Below the pieces are notes generated by a model. It had not been told where the DNA came from. It worked only from the letters and a program-made list of their open reading frames with translations, and did no database searches. Source: Felis catus (taxonomy: Eukaryota). From it: DNA of 64,000 bases. The position numbers and the translations under genes were made by a program. The stretch spans positions 130,140,001 through 130,204,000 of the forward strand of contig NC_058368.1 of assembly GCF_018350175.1 (NCBI RefSeq). Reading direction: 5' to 3'. Below, in pieces: positions 62,216 to 64,000 of the stretch (position 1 is its first letter; every line of letters begins with the position of its first letter).

Positions 62216-62414
62216 AGGCACACCTGGCTGACTCAGTTGGTTGGGCCTCTGACTCTTGATTTTAGCTCCGGTCATGATCTCAATCTCACAGTGGTGGGAT
62301 CCAGCCCTGTGTTGGGTTCTGCACTGAGCATGGAGTCTGCTTACGATTCTTTCTCCCTCTCCCTCTGCTCTTCTCTCTTTCTGTCTCAAATTAAATAAAT
62401 AAACATTGAAAAAA
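62216..62414 (+). mobile_element. Can-SINE
   Basis: TSD aaa(c/t)agtttaat. Confidence 0.9.
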
Positions 62415-62575
62415 TAGTTTAATGGACAGAAAGTGGTCTACAAATATATTGAAAGAAGAGATTAAACTGTGTTACACAAAAGATGGTAACAATAGCTTTC
62501 TAAATATTAACTGTAGTTCTCATTGATAGGATAATGTTGCATACTAAAAATTACTGCTTTAATTTTCTTTTTATC

Positions 62576-62790
62576 TGTTATTTTTTAAATTTTTTCTTTA
62601 TTTATTTTTGAGACTAGAGTGTGAGCAAGGGAGGGTCAGAGAGACAGAGGGAGACTTAGAATCTGAAACAAGCTCCAAGCTCTGAGCATGTCAGCACAGA
62701 ACCTGACATGGGACTTGAACTCACCAGCCATGAGATCATGACTTAAGCTGAAGTCAGGATGCTTAACTGACTGAGCCACCCAGGCTCCCT
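62576..62790 (-). mobile_element. Can-SINE
   Basis: TSD ttctttttatct. Confidence 0.92.
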
Positions 62791-64000
62791 TCTTTTTATC
62801 TTTTAAAAATCTTTCTTATTTGATCTTTGTTATTTTTTTATTTTATAAGCTTTCTATATTCTAAGACAAATTACAAATAATTTTAAATATGCTATAATCT
62901 GTGATTGCCAGATTCCCTAAGAACATCACTTGTAAGTTGATGATTGCAACAGCAATCCACATTTCAATTTGTACTGTCGAGAAAATATCAAAATTTGCAT
63001 AACATTTTGCCCAACATATGTCAATTTATTCTGCTGTATTTTCAGAAAAAATTATGATGGGAGATGAGTGTGGCCGCCGGATCAGAATGAAATTCAGCAT
63101 TTGTTCGATGTATTTCAAACATTTTAACACATTGGAAATGTGCTGCTCATTTACAAAGTGTCACAGCTACTTTTGTGAGCAATTTTTAGCAGAGTAATCT
63201 TTTGAATATTTAACCATCCACAATAAAACAGAATGTTCCAAATTCTATTTAGCAAATCTTTTAAATAAACAAAATGAAGTTCACAAGCTTTGATGTTGTA
63301 CTAATGGAAGAAAGTGCATCTCTCAAGTGGCGATGAATTCTGGATTACTGTCTGAAGCTGTGTTACTACTTTTGAATAGTGTTTTAAGGCAGATACTAGC
63401 CCTAATGATCTTATGAAGTATCATTGTGTTGCAGAAAACCTTTATTTTCATAAATAAAACAACAGGGTGGTCCGAAGAGATTCTAGTCCTTCACCTCTTT
63501 CCTGGTGCTTTAACATAAAGGACTGCCATGTAAAGTGCTCTCTCTGCTATTGAGCTAAAACCTGGGTAGATATTAAGAGCAAGTTCTGAGGTAGTTTCAG
63601 TAAGAACATTGTTTTGTAAAGTGGCTGATATGTGAAAGAGATCCTGGAAAGAGGGGCTAGAAGGGGAGGAGAAAGGAGGAGAATTTAGTGTGATCCCTCG
63701 TATTTGAGAATGAAGCATTATAAACAAGTCCACTCTTGGACGAGTGAAGAAACGTATAAAAATAGATTTCTTATTGAGGCAGAATGGGAGCCACACAGGG
63801 CCAAATCAGGTAGAATAGAGGTAGAGACAAGCTTTAAAACCAGGGTGGTGGGGGTGCTCGGTTGGGGTGTGTGTTATAATGAAAGGATGTTGTAATTTCT
63901 TGCCTTCTCTTCCAAGTTTTGGGCACCCCTCATGCTGTGCCCTCAGCTATGGCTGATTTGCTAGACAGTGCCAATGAGAACCCAATTATTTGGGCTATGG

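Noticed and set aside
1..64000. CRISPR array, operon or prokaryotic defence system
   Set aside because: Sequence is mammalian; repeated units are dispersed SINEs with TSDs, not repeat-spacer arrays

Overview
Mammalian genomic DNA from a felid (domestic-cat-like), judged from about 43 tRNA-derived Can-SINE (SINEC_Fc-type) copies and cat-type L1 3' ends. I see no protein-coding gene I can recognise: the supplied ORFs are SINE read-throughs, microsatellite artefacts or broken L1 ORF1/ORF2 pieces. The window looks like a long intron or intergenic tract with young SINE/L1 insertions (many with clear target-site duplications, TSDs), a ~5.4 kb decayed L1 that keeps both termini (49616-54985, minus), old L1M, L2, MIR, MaLR/ERV LTR and hAT-Charlie relics, and several repeat-free stretches that could be enhancers. 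Best observations: an L1 with both a twin-priming inversion and a short apparent 3' transduction (5.7-6.3 kb); an L1 inserted inside a SINE; four multi-layer SINE nests; two CpG-retaining motif clusters (tandem E-boxes at 24.0 kb; ETS + E-box + ATG + splice donor at 39.6 kb); a 289-nt pure pyrimidine tract; and a minus-strand bias of young retroelements that suggests a + strand host transcript. I found no convincing novel biological system. Repeat subfamily names come from recalled consensus sequences, not a search, and boundaries of old elements are approximate.
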